Source: Chlorokybus atmophyticus (Eukaryota; Plantae; Mesostigma and Chlorokybus algae). From it: a DNA stretch of 64,000 bases. Below are positions 10,321 to 22,600 of the stretch, piece after piece. The stretch's first letter is position 1, and each line of letters opens with the position of its first letter. The position numbers were made by a program, and so were the translations under genes. The DNA is taken from NCBI GenBank assembly GCA_009103225.1, contig RHPI01003169.1, positions 62,001 to 126,000 of the forward strand. The letters run 5' to 3'. Below the pieces are notes generated by a model. That model made no database searches and had not been told where the DNA came from. It worked only from the letters and a program-made list of their open reading frames with translations.

Positions 10321-12207
10321 GGCCGAAGGCGATGGTAGTGGGGTCTGCTCCGCGCAGGATGGTTTCCCATGCTCGTTCAGCTTGCTGACCAGTTGGGACA
10401 GCCTGAGTGACGTCGAGAGCGGGCAGAGTGGCTGCGCGCGTCGCTGCAGAGACAGCGGGCTCGACGATGGCAATTGTGGCAGTTGCGTCGGTACCGGTCA
10501 GTGGTGCGAGAGTTGTCTCAACGCCTACGGACAGAGGCACTGCTGCAGTGGGAAGTGCACCGCTCGCTGGTGCAGATTCGGTAGAGATGGCGGCTGTTGC
10601 CATTGTGCTCACCAGTATCGGTGTCACGGTGTCCATCGGTGTACCAGGTTGTGGTGCAACTGGAGTGGGTGCTGCTGACGTTGGTGGAGCCGACGTTGTA
10701 GCCGGTGTGGCCGTTGCTGCGGAGGCAGCACCACTGGTGGCTTCGGAGGAGGTGCCTGCTGATGTTGTTGCAGTTTCCCCTCGTGCTCGTCGTGATGGTT
10801 GCACGCGGGACGGAGTGTTCTTGACTCTCTCGCGTTTTGCAGCCATCAGCGCCCATCGGGCAGTGTAGCAGGCGCGGTAGTCCTGCTCCTTGTCTTCCTC
10901 CAAGCGTGCCATACGCGCCATGAGGGCTGCCATATGGTCATCAGCTGGTGGGTTGGCTGAAGCCTTGGCGGCAACAGCAGCAGCGCGCGGACGTGTCTCT
11001 GGTCCCTTACGCTGAGGAGGTCTGTTCTTCCCCCTGTAGCCTTGCTCTTCCTTGCGAACACTGGCGTTGTTGTTGTTGTTACTGCCACAAGCGTTGTTGC
11101 TGTTGTGGGCTCCAGTGTTGTTGCTATTGTAGCCACTGAAGTGGTTGCCAGTGTGGCCTCCAGTGTTGTTGCTGTTGTAGCCACTGAAGTTGTTGCCATT
11201 GTGGCCTCCAGTGTTGTTGCTGTTGTAGCCACCGGAGTAGTTGTGGTTGTAGCTGTTGGCGGGCCTCAATTCTGGGAACTTGAGCCAGCAGACTGACTCC
11301 AAATGACCAGTCTTGTGACAGTGGTGGTCGCAAACCAAAGTTGAGTATTCTTCGGTGCACTCCTTTTGATAGTGCCCATGCCGTCCACAGCGATAACACA
11401 GCACATGGGCAGCAGATGCAGCACGAGCTGACCGTTTCCCTTTGTCGCGTGCTGGTGGAGCGTCCCGGCCACCTGTTGCCAGGTGTTGCTGGAGGTAGAG
11501 GAGTACCCCACTCTGCGGCTGCCGCTTGCTGTACAGCTCTTTGTTCCTCAGTGATGATGGCAGAACGGTCAAGGATGCGGACTCGACGTGTGGCCTCCTT
11601 GGACTCAACTTCTGCAGGGGTCAAGTTGACAAGTACCAACTCTGGTTCCTCCTCCTCTGCCTGCTTGAGAGCTGCAGCTATGGACAAGCCTGTTACTGCA
11701 ACTGAAGCGGCAGGTGGAACGACACCTGCTGGACGGTGCAGAGATGCAGATGCTATGGTGCTGGCAAGCTCGCCATAGCCGTCTACTCGATGGAGTTCAG
11801 CAACGGACTTCCAGACATCGTGTGCTTCATGATCAAGATACTGAGCAGCAATGTAGAAAGAGATCTCATCTGACCAGTCTTTGTTCTTCAGAGCTTGCTG
11901 CCGCATCTTGAAGTGGAACTTGATGATGAACTCATCCAGCGAGGTGGTGCCGGCACGTCCGGAGGAAGCGCAGTGATGTGGTTGAACTGGAAGACTCCAT
12001 CTCGTGGTCGTCGCTGTCCGATGATAGTGGAGAAGCTTGATGACGAGGAGTAGAGTGGAGCGGGGTGAAGCTGGAGATGGAGCGCGAGCCTCTGCTGCTG
12101 CGGTCGATGCTCCCGTCACTGGTCCGCTCGTAGGTGAGGTTGGTGGTTGGGCTCCAATTGCTGAGGTCACCCTCGTCTATTGGGGAGAACGGGGTGGGCC
12201 TGCTCAT
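10283..12207 (-). pseudogene. Gag with two zinc knuckles, an N/G-rich repeat and an Ala/Thr-rich linker; frameshift at ~11965 and ~470-bp deletion at ~11472 relative to the older copy
   Basis: ATG at 12207 (MSRPTPFSPIDEG). CYRCGRHGHYQKEC and CDHHCHKTGHLESVC. 21110-21580 of the older copy has no counterpart here. Confidence 0.8.
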
Positions 12208-12398
12208 ACACAGCTGGTCCAGAGGTGAAAGGGTAGAGTGCTTGTGCTCTACCGTCTATTCTGATGCTGTTACCACCCAACACACTAGTGCTTGTGCGCA
12301 CTATGTGATGACAATGATAGCGAATGCCCAGCGATCTATCCCTGGGTGCAGACTGCACTATCTGATGCAGATTGCAACACACTCACTTGTGCAAAGAG

Positions 12399-12764
12399 GG
12401 TGACACTGTAAGTCAACAAGCCACTACGATAGGTAGTGCTGTGGACACAGTTCTTTGCATGAGTGGATAGAATGATACACTGTTAAGTGAGGTGAATGAG
12501 TGTGCAACACGTGGATACAACACCCTGACTACTGAAACAACACACCACCGTCAAGCTCACAGCAATAACAAGCACAGCGCACAAGAGCATGCACCGTGTC
12601 TCACGCAGTAAGGGAATTCTTGGCAACCGGGGCAGCGTGCTTCCAGTTCAAGTCGCTTCACAAGCTCTTTAGAAACAGAGTCTTTACTTCTTAGTACTCC
12701 TAGTACTCACAGTACTCACTTACAGTGTCACCAGCCAGTCTGGTGACGTGACTTCCTACTTATA
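12399..12764 (-). promoter_or_regulatory. Putative TATA box (12757-12764), transcript start (~12732) and self-priming site (12399-12413)
   Basis: 12399-12413 ggtgacactgtaagt is the exact reverse complement of 12718-12732. Sense-strand TATAAGTA lies ~30 nt upstream of 12732. No tRNA-type TGG PBS after the repeat. Confidence 0.7.
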
Positions 12765-13073
12765 CATGTCAAATCATGACTGTGCAGTGCCACGCGGGCA
12801 CTAGGCCAACGGTCACATCGAGGCCTCATGCTATTTCGGAAATCTCCTAAGACTCGATATAGCACATGTGTTATTAACAGACTTACAACTGATCAGCTAC
12901 GCGCGGTCCCTACAGACAGGTCTATAAAGTAGCCCTAGCTACATGCTACATAAGCGGTACAGTAGCTAGCAGTAGGCTGGGGCTCGCGCGGTCTTCATGC
13001 TGGTAGCTCGGGCGTGGGGCTAGGTGTAGGCATGCTCGAGAAGGACTGGCATGCGAGGGTAGATGGCATGACA
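12411..13073 (-). repeat. 5' terminal repeat (B only)
   Basis: Matches 2001-2661 with about 10 substitutions and one 2-bp indel. No A segment adjacent. Confidence 0.9.
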
Positions 13074-13658
13074 TAGTACTAATCATAGCACATGCAAGTA
13101 GCAGCCTTCTACATGTACTTGCTTGCCCTGCGGCCTGCTAGTAGCATAGATAGGTCGCGGGGTTGATCTTGGCAATGATGAGGTCATGAAATCATTAGGG
13201 TTTGTACCAGTGCAAAGTAATGATCGTAACACACACCTTTTTAAGTATACATCAGTGTACTATAAATGGAATCGTTCAACGTACATGATGATGTATAGCT
13301 TTAGCATGCAGCGTTAATGCATTTTTACACTGTCGCCGCGTCCTTAATTGCGTTGGGGAGTATAGTTGCGTCGTTCATAATTTGGTTACAACTGTGTTCA
13401 CAATTTACTCATGCCTTTCTCACAACACAAACCATTAATGACGTCAACGCTGAATCCTCAACGTTGTTAAGGATTCGGTGCTTACGATTGTTACTAGCGG
13501 AGTGCCGTTTGTGACAGGTTGTAACAGTATTTTGGCTACAATCATGACATATATATGGATCTGCCGTGAAGTTTACAAAATCTGCAAATTATGTCCGGCT
13601 GCGTCCATTACAAAGTTGCGGATTCAGCGTGACTTGCCGAAACCCATTTCTATCGGTG

Positions 13659-16600
13659 CAGGACCCAACTCGTGTCAGGCTCCTGTCGCATCGTCGGTGC
13701 TGAGGTGAGGGTTGCGACTAAGCCCGTCTGCGTCCTGATTGGGCAGGCCTGCCCGATGCTGCGCCTCAAAGTTATACTCCTGCAGCAGTAGTGCTCACCG
13801 TGCCAGCTTGCATGTCAGGTGCTGGTTGGTCATGAGCCACTTTAGTGATCGGTGATCAGTTGGAACTGCCGTCTAAGCAGCAAGGGCGGAAAAAAAAGAT
13901 GGCCCATACTGCGGCGAGACACTCCCCCTCAAAGCTGCTGTAATTGGCTTCAGTGCTGTTGTTGCTGCGGCTGGCATACAACACTACGCGCTCCTTCTTG
14001 TTGTCATCGTGCTGCACGAGCACTGCTCCCATGCCGAGCTTGCTCCAATTTGTGCAGGATGAATGACATGTCGTAGTCAGTTCGCTATAGAATGGGATCT
14101 GTGGTGAGTTGGAGCTTCAGCTCCTTGAAGGCCCCTTATTGCGCCTCTTTCCATAGGCACTTCGTGTCCTTCCTCAGCAGCTCGTTGAGTGGCCGCGCGA
14201 TCTTCGTGAAATCCTTGACGAACTGTCTGTAGTAGTCGGCAAGGCCGAGGAAAGCATGCAGTCGCGTGAAATCTGTGGGGGCAGGAATGGCCACTGGTGC
14301 CTCCACTTTGGCCTGCTGTACATACACACCGTGGGGCACCATCATGTGCCCTAGGTAAGGTACCTTGTGGGTAAAGAAGGTGCACTTGCCGGGGTGCAAC
14401 GTCATCCCTACTTCCTTCAGTCTCTGTAGCACCTCCTCGATGTGCCTAAAATGCTCCTTATTGCTGCAATTGAAGACGAGGGTGTTGTCGATGTAGCAGC
14501 GTGCGAAGTCCAATCCCTTAAGGGCTTTGTCCATGACGCGCTGGAACTTGGCAGGCGCATTCTTCAGTCCGAAGGGCATGACCTTCCACTGGTACAGCTG
14601 CCAGTTGCCCCAGAAAAAGGTCTTGTGCTTGTCCTCCTCTTTGATGGCAATCTAGTTGTACCCTTGGCGCATGTCCAGGACACTGAAGACTGTGCAGTCT
14701 CTTACATCTTCAAAGATACCTTCTGCAGTAGGCATTAAATACCTGTCATGTTGTTAATGGGGCGATAGTCACCGCACATACGCCGGTTTGCCCACTTGCC
14801 TGCGGAGTCCTTCTGCAGGGGCATGACGGTGGCCGCAAAGTCCGATGTGGACTCCTGGATCAAGCCTGCATGTAATGGAGCCTTGCACATCTGCTCCACC
14901 AAGTCTTCTTCCAACTTAAAGAGTCTGTATTGTCGTTGGAACACCGGTTCGGTGTCCACCAACTCGATGTCAATATGGTAAACTAAGCAGCTCCTTTACG
15001 TTGAAGCTAAAATAGCTTTTCCACTTGTTTAGGAGAGCCTCAAGTTCTTCTCGTGTCTGGCCTGTAGCCAGCGGTCCAATGGTTTGAGACCAGGAAGTAG
15101 CGTTGGCGACCACTGGATTGTCCTCGACAGCGACTGCTGTCTGCTCCTTTATGTGGGCGATCTCGAGGGCAGTGTGTGCCGCTTTAGTCTCTCGAACGCG
15201 ATGTTACACCCCCCCCCCCCCCCCCCCCNNNNNNNNNNNNNNNNNNNNNNNNNNNNNNNNNNNNNNNNNNNNNNNNNNNNNNNNNNNNCCCCCCCCCCCC
15301 CCCCCCACACCAGGTGTTTCAGCTGCTTGAAAAGGACATGGCGGTCCTGGAGAGCAGAGCACATCTCCACAACAACCACACCATGCTGTTCTGGTTTATG
15401 GCGCGCCCCAACAACTGACAATGCTGACTGTCGATCAGCATGGAACCTGTGATACTAGCTGAACAGAATCCCATGGCGCCTTCACGCTCGCGAGCATTGG
15501 GTTCCTAGCCGGCCTGTGTTGGAATCCAACGCCATGCCGTCGCCTTTGTCACGAAAGGCGTATGACCCTGAGTAAGACACAAGAGTTGGGAGCGCACGGC
15601 GTGGCCGACCAGGCTGGTTGCATTGATACTCGTGTCGCGTGATCGGTTGTGCTGTGTGTCCATGTTCCGGGATAGCGTCGACGTTAAGATCGCGTGGATG
15701 ATTGCTATGCAGATGCTTAGCAGCAAAGAGATGCTCCACTGTGGCCAGGTTGGTCCATTTGCGCGGACACGATGAGCACGAGATCCATGATGTGCTGCGT
15801 TGATTCTGAGAGGATGCTCAAGCAAGGAACACACATGTCAAAACCTGTTGGCCACGTGATTACGCTTATCGTCATAGGAGTGCACGTTCTCAACGATGTA
15901 CCCCAGAGGCATGGAAATCTAGTTGCTCTGCAGGAGTTTGATGACGCGCATCAGCTCTGAAAAAAGTTACGAGCGAGGATCATAGAGTCCTTGGCGCCTG
16001 CTTGGGAGTGTCCTCGACACTCCCAACCTGCTATCAGCACGTCGATGTTGCTCACAGCCTACAGGTGATCCGCAATGATAAAATGGATGTCCTGTGGCAG
16101 TGCTTTTAGACTGCTTTGCAGTGCTGATACTGGCAGCTGCCGCGGGTAGCACTCATGTAGGCGGCGCATGTGGTGTGGCTCAGGGCAATCTGTGCCTGTG
16201 GATCAGGGTCACAATAGAAGTACTTGGTGACCGTCGCGCCGGTGTTGAGGACAGCGGCAAGGCCACTACCTATACCTCCAATGTTCCAACACGGTGATGC
16301 CTTGTTGTCGGCGAAACACGAGGAACTCCACTACTCCAGTGGCCACCTGGTATTGCTTCTGGAATGCAATGTAGTCCTTGTAGCGAGGGAACCGTGCAGT
16401 AAGCTGTGGTCTGGTCAGTAGTAGATGTGCAACCACTTGTGCGCGCCGGCGGCGTTCGGATGGTTTCTGTTGGGTCACTTCTTCAGTGGCGTCCTCCTGA
16501 GACTCAATGTATGGGATAGGAGAGTCCTTGTCATGGTTGTGGGTGGCCACTGCCGCTGACCTGATTATGGTTGTCAAAGCTGACCTGTAGGTGGCTGTTG

Positions 16601-19600
16601 CAGCTGATCTTTGGTGAGAGCGAGTGCGAGCCACCAGCTTGAGAGGCAGATATCCCTGAACTTCTCCATCCTCCTCATCCCTATGGGGACGAAACGATGC
16701 CTTCTCCGTCCAGCAGTCCAGCCCCATGCCAACAGGAAATTAAAAGTCCTGTTCCGGCAGCTAGTCGAAGGATCCCGCGGTGACCACACACTTTGGTATG
16801 AACTTGATGCTGTGGGGAAGGTCCAACCCTGTCAAGCGAATGCAGAAGGCCTGCTTGGTGATGCCAATCACCCTATCGCGGCTGCCGGATGCTGTGTCGA
16901 GCTCGTATGGGCAGGGCATCCGCTCAGCGCTGGTGATGCCGAGGTTGCGTGTGAGGTAGCGCCCGATAATGATAGGCTGGGCTTCAGAGTTCAGCATCAC
17001 GCGCTTGGTTGCTCGACCATTGATGGTAACATGCTTTGGGGTTGTGGCGGGTGCGTTTGCTGCTACCTCTACTTTGTCTTGCTCTACTCCCTTGCTGCCG
17101 TTGCACTTAGTGTTGTCCTAACCTAGGCCCCTTGCCCCTGGTGCTAATGTATACATGAGATTGGCTGTGTATGTGAGCTTGTGCGTGGCTGGTGCATGGC
17201 TGTGTACTAAAGAGCACTGCATTGCACACCACCTGGCCCCTACTACTTGCTACCTGGCCCCTCAAGTGCTCAGATTTATGCTTGCCTGCGTTGGCAATCA
17301 TGGCTGCATTGGCGTCGATGCGCATACGCTTGAATCGTCGGTAGCGTCTGCGTGGGGTGGCTGCTGCTGCTGTCTCCTCCGATGGTGTTGAGCGCAGTGC
17401 GGCAAGCGCCCCTCGACCGGCTGGGTCTTGAAAATCTTTTTGTTCGCGGCCTGGCTCGAATCGTTTAGGTCTTAGTTGTTAATATACTCGCTGCGGCCTG
17501 GGAGCTGGCGGTGCTGCTTGTGGCTGCTTTGGTTGTGGCGCAGAGGGATTGCGCCTCTGTGTGGCCGTAGTTATACCTGGCGGTGTAGCTAGAAGTTATG
17601 GAGGAAACCCTGGAGGACCAGGTGTTTGTAGGCCCGCCTCCTGTGCAGCCTGTTCTTGTACATAAGCCCAGCGTACAGCATGAGCCGCCTTCCTTGACCA
17701 ATGTACCTTCCTATGTGGCTGTTGGATTGTTGACCACATCACCCCAGCGATGGTTCTGAGGCATGGGCTGAAGTTCCTTTGCGCGCAGGAGCCGCGCTCT
17801 TATGTCGTGGGTAATGATGGGAGCCCTTAGGATCCCTGCCATGTAGGCATCCCATCTGCCATTGATTACCCCCACTTCCAATACCGTTGTTGCTCGTGCA
17901 CGCACAACGAGGTAGATCTCTGGTTCTTGGACATGCTGCTCGTATGCAGCTGCGATGCGCCATATTTTACATTTACTCTTCTTAAATTTTTAGTAAAGGA
18001 GATGCTGCCATAAGGCATCATATCGCGATGCGGGTAAAGGATAACTCAAAAAGCAAATGTCCATCTGTAATCGATGGAATAGGGTCAAATAGAGAATGAT
18101 TAATTACACCAAAACCAGCTCAGAGCAGCAGCCTGGTTAAATGCGTAGTCTTGTTCTAATGTCTTTTTAGATTAATTGCAGAGTAAATCGATTTTTTATC
18201 GATTTTTTAGAGCAAAAAAGGAACTTCGCATCCAGTAAAGTAAGGCGCAATTTTAGTGCAGTTTAGAGCCAGACACACAAAGTATGCACTTTAACTGCTG
18301 TGCAACAAGTAGACGTCATTTCCTTCAAAACTGATTTTAGATGCCGCTCTGCAGTCTGTATTAAAACAAATCACACACGGGCTCAGTGCTGCTGCCTGTT
18401 TATCTTCGCTACAGTACAGGTAACTTAAGTTTTACCATCAACTACTGAATCAGCGCAGCAACAACGCAGCTGCGCACCTATGCAGGCGCAGTGCGGTAGA
18501 TAACCCTCCTGCAGCCCAGCCCACGCAGTAAAGTAAAGTGACCGTGCTGTCTAATAAAAGTAGGATGCAGTCTGTTTCCAGACGCCAGAGCGAAGTTATT
18601 AAAATTGCATTCTCTTACCAATATGACCTACATCGAAAGGTGGCCCACTTGAGTTTAGGTGATCTAATTAAAAAGATTTATAAATTTCACCATTTCTAAA
18701 AAGAATTTGAGAGTTACAATTCCATCTACACACTAGGTAGTAATCGTGTTAGAAAATAGATTTGATTAAAACCTCAATAAAGTAAAGCGCAATGCTCACT
18801 CTCTTATTGTTCAGTCAAGCAGGTGCAGTTGATGGTGCAGTATGATGGGCCTTGCTTTACCTGGCAGTGCAGTGCTGTCAACATATTTTATCGGTACACG
18901 CTGCATCTGGTAGCTTCCTAAACTTTATAGTTTCTAATGAGTTACAAAAGTGTAAAGATGTATAGCCGCTGCGGTGTTACTAGTAACTGAGCTATTTTTA
19001 GACTTGGCGTATTTGAAACCTTTTATAAATAGATTGCTTGAGCCGTATGCTTGGAAACAAGCACGTACGGTTGTCGCGCTGCTTCCACTCCTGGCAACTT
19101 CAATATAGCCTCTTTAGCTCCTTCTAAGGTGTCAAAGGCTGCCGAGGCCACCTCGTCATAGGCTTGCCATAGCGAGCGAAGGAAGGCGTCCAACCATGAC
19201 ATTTTGGTGCCAAATGCGAACAAAGGGACTGCGGGGTGATTGGTGACCGGTTAAGTCACTAATCTCGTACACGATATATATATATTGCCACCTTCTCGCA
19301 TCCCTATGATCTGTCTCAGGCCGATGCTTTCTTGTCAATGTAGCATGGTTGCTTGTCGCAACAAGGCAGTGCGAACTTGCAATCACTAGGCCTGCTCCAT
19401 CCCGTTGTGTACACCCTTGTAGTGTAAGGTGGCCTCTCCATATCTCGTTGATCGTCAGGGAAATCTTCCATCATTGCGGGGCGATCACCACCTGGTTTGT
19501 TGGGCCAGCGCCCTTGCCTTGTCAATATCGATCTCGACGGCGAGAGGTGTTGTGCTGAACGATGGGCCAGCGATTGTTGGTTGAGAAACGGAAGCACGAG

Positions 19601-22600
19601 CAGCGGCAAGGGCTTGCGCTCGTGCATTGCAATTTGGTCCTACCGCCAAGTGAACGCTTGTTCCGCGCGAAGCGCTCGTCAAGCCGAGGAGTAGTGAGGG
19701 TCTTCGGTGCTTCGATGATACCCATAGGCATGCCAGCTGCATCGCTGGTGTGCTGCTGCACATTGGGTTGCCGGTCTCGATACGTGTACAGCGGACTTGC
19801 CTCAAATGGCTCGTAACGGACTTGTGCGGGCTGGCGTGGCGCGGTCTACATGTTGTCATACAGAGTCCAGAACAGCTGCAGGGCCAACGCCAACACAACA
19901 TGTGTTCTAACCACAAAGACGCGGTCTCGCATGGGAGGTGCCGTGCTGGCAAGGATTTCATCCTCTAGTTGCCGCTGGGTCCGCTCTGGCAGGGTGTGAT
20001 ATTTATTTAGGGGAAAACCGCGATCACTGTGTTCAGCGCGCGTGGTGCGCTTTTTTTCTCGCCGAAAATAAATGGTAGTGGGATCTGCTCCACGCATGAT
20101 GGTCTCCCATACGCGCTCAGCTTGCTGACCTTGCTGAATAGGCTTAATGGCGTTGAGGGCGGGCAACGTAGCTGCGCGCGTCGCTGCAGTGGCAGCAGAC
20201 TCTACGATGGCACCGGCAGTGGTTGCGATAGTGCCGATAAGTGGCGCGAGAGTGGTCTCAATGCTCGCTGACACAAGTGATCCTGTAGCTGGAGCGGGAC
20301 CGGTGCGATCTACTGCTACAGAGTCGGTGACAGCAGTGGCTGACGCCATCATGCTCACCAGTGTTGGCGTCACGGTGCCCATTGACGTACCAACTCCTGG
20401 TGCAACTCGAGTAGATGCTACTGACGTTGACGGAGTCTTTGTACACGGTGTGGCTGTTGCAGCACCACTGGTGGCTTCAAAGGAGGTAGCTGCTGACGAT
20501 GTTGTAGCTTCCCCTCGTGCTCAATGGGATGGTTGAACGCGTGACGGAGCGCTCGTGACACGAGCCTCGTGACTCTCGCGCGCTTTGGAGCCATCAGTGC
20601 CCATCGGGCAGAGTAGTAGGCGCGGTAGTCCTGCTCCTTGGCTTCTTTTAAGTGTGCCATACGCGCCATGAGGGCAGCAATATCGTCATCAGTTGGCGGG
20701 TTAGCTGAAGCCTTGGCGGCAACAGCAGCAGCGCGCAGACGTCCTTCCAATCCTTTACACTGGGGAGGACGATTCTTCCCCCTGTAGCCTTGCTCTTCCT
20801 TGCGAGCGTCGGCGTAGTTGTTGTTGTCGTTATGATCTCCGGTGTGGTTGCTGTTGTAGCCCTTAGAGTGGTTGCCGTTGTGGCCTCCAGTGTTGTTGAT
20901 GTAGCTATTAGCAGGTTTCAACTTAGGGATCTTGAGGCAGCACACTGACTCCAAGTAACTAGTCTTGTGACAATGGTCGCAAACCAGAGTTGAGTACTCC
21001 TCGGTGCACTCTTTTGGTAGTGCCCATACCGTCCACATCGATGATACAGCAAATCAATATGAGCTGACCGTTTCCCTGTGTCGCGTGCTGGTGGAGTGTC
21101 CCGGCCACGTTCGCGGCACCCAAGTAGTTGTGCTGGCTACAGGCCGTGAGGCGCTGCGGTTGGTGTCTAGCACTGCCTTTTTACACACCAAGCGCTTGTG
21201 GATGGCTTGTGCAGTCTCGAAAACTTCCTTGAGCGTGTGGCCAAGGGGCCTGCTGTAGTTCAGGGACAGGCGCGTCGACTCGCTCAGGGTGGCATCCAAC
21301 TCATTGACATACACCACTGTAGCAGCCTCATTACTGACGATGTTATTAGTGTCCTTCAACAGCCCCCTCAGTCTGGAGTACAGGCGTGGAGGGTCCTCGT
21401 TGGGCTTGCGTCGAAACCGTTTTGGCTCCTCCACTTTGCTGGTGGTCTAAGGTGGGAAGGTGCGACGAAGTGCAGCGTATATGTCCGTGAGTGGAAGGTC
21501 AGAGATGGCGGACCTGCAGTGATGGCTGGTGCGCGCAGTGCAACTGATCCGAGGGTGAAAGCACTGCCTCCCCGCACGAGAGCCAGATGTTGCCAGAGGT
21601 AGAGGCGTGCCCACCTCAACGGCTGCAGCTCGTTGTTCTTCAAAGATAGCAGCAGAACGGTTCAAGATCCGAGCCCATCGTACGACCGTCTTAGTCTCAA
21701 TCTTTGCAGGGGTCAGGTTGACGATCACCAACTTATGCTCCTCCTCCTCTGCCCTCTTTATGGCTGCAGCTATGGACAAGCCGGTGACTGCAGCTGGAGT
21801 GGCAGGAGCGATGGCTGCTGTGACGCAGATGCTATGGTGCTGTCGAGCTCGCCATAGCCATCAACTCGATGTCAGCAACAAATTTTTAGACATCGTGTGC
21901 ATCATGGTCCAGATATTGAGCAGCAATGTGGAAAGAAATCTCACCTGATCAGTCTTTGTTCTTCAGAGCTTGCTATCGCATCTTGGGGCTGACTAAGATT
22001 TGATGATGAATTTGTCCAGCGAGGTGGTGCCAGCATGTCCGGAAAAGCGCAGGGATGTGGTTGAGCTGCAAGGCTCCATCTCATGATTGTCGCTGTTGGA
22101 TAGTCGATAGTGGGGAAGCTTGATGGCGAGGAGTAAACCGGAATGGAGTGAAGCCGGTTACAGAACGCGAGCCTCTGCTGCTGCGATCGCTGCTCCCGTT
22201 GCTGGTTAGCTCGTCGGTGAGGTTGGAGGTTGGGCTCCAGCTGTCCAGGTCACCCTCGTCTATTGGAAAGAACGGGGTGGTCCTGCTCATACAGCTAGTC
22301 CACTGGTGAAAGTGTATGCATGGTAGAGTGTTTGTGCTCTACCGTTTATCTTAATGCTGCTACCACTCACCACACTAGTGCTTGTGTGCGTACTATGTGA
22401 TGATAGTCATAACGAATGCACAGAGATATATCCCTAGATACAGACTGCACTATCTGATGCAGAATGCGACGCATTCATCTGAGCAAAGAGGGTGACATTT
22501 TGAGTAAACAAGCCACTACGATAAGTAGTGCTGTATACACAGTTCTTTGCATGAGTGGATGATGTATTACACTATTAAGTGAGGTGAATGAACAAGCAAC

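Larger units (their letters stand above)
1775..13073 (-). mobile_element. Full-length Ty3/gypsy retrotransposon carrying a C5 DNA methyltransferase and a PHD-integrase (younger copy, several lesions)
   Basis: Termini tgtcgtgcc..ggcatgaca. TSD tagt at 1771-1774 and 13074-13077. Domain order gag-PR-DNMT-RT-RH-IN. Confidence 0.95.
866..13658. mobile_element. Non-autonomous CACTA/CMC-like DNA transposon (~1.5 kb net) interrupted by the Ty3 insertion
   Basis: TIRs caccggaagaaatgg (866-880) and ccatttctatcggtg (13644-13658), 14/15 match. 3-bp TSD cag at 863-865 and 13659-13661. CAC terminus, AT-rich non-coding interior. Confidence 0.75.

Noticed and set aside
12411-12423. tggcttgttgact as a tRNA PBS
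   Set aside because: It lies inside the repeated sequence, matches no tRNA 3' end I recognise, and self-complementarity explains priming better.
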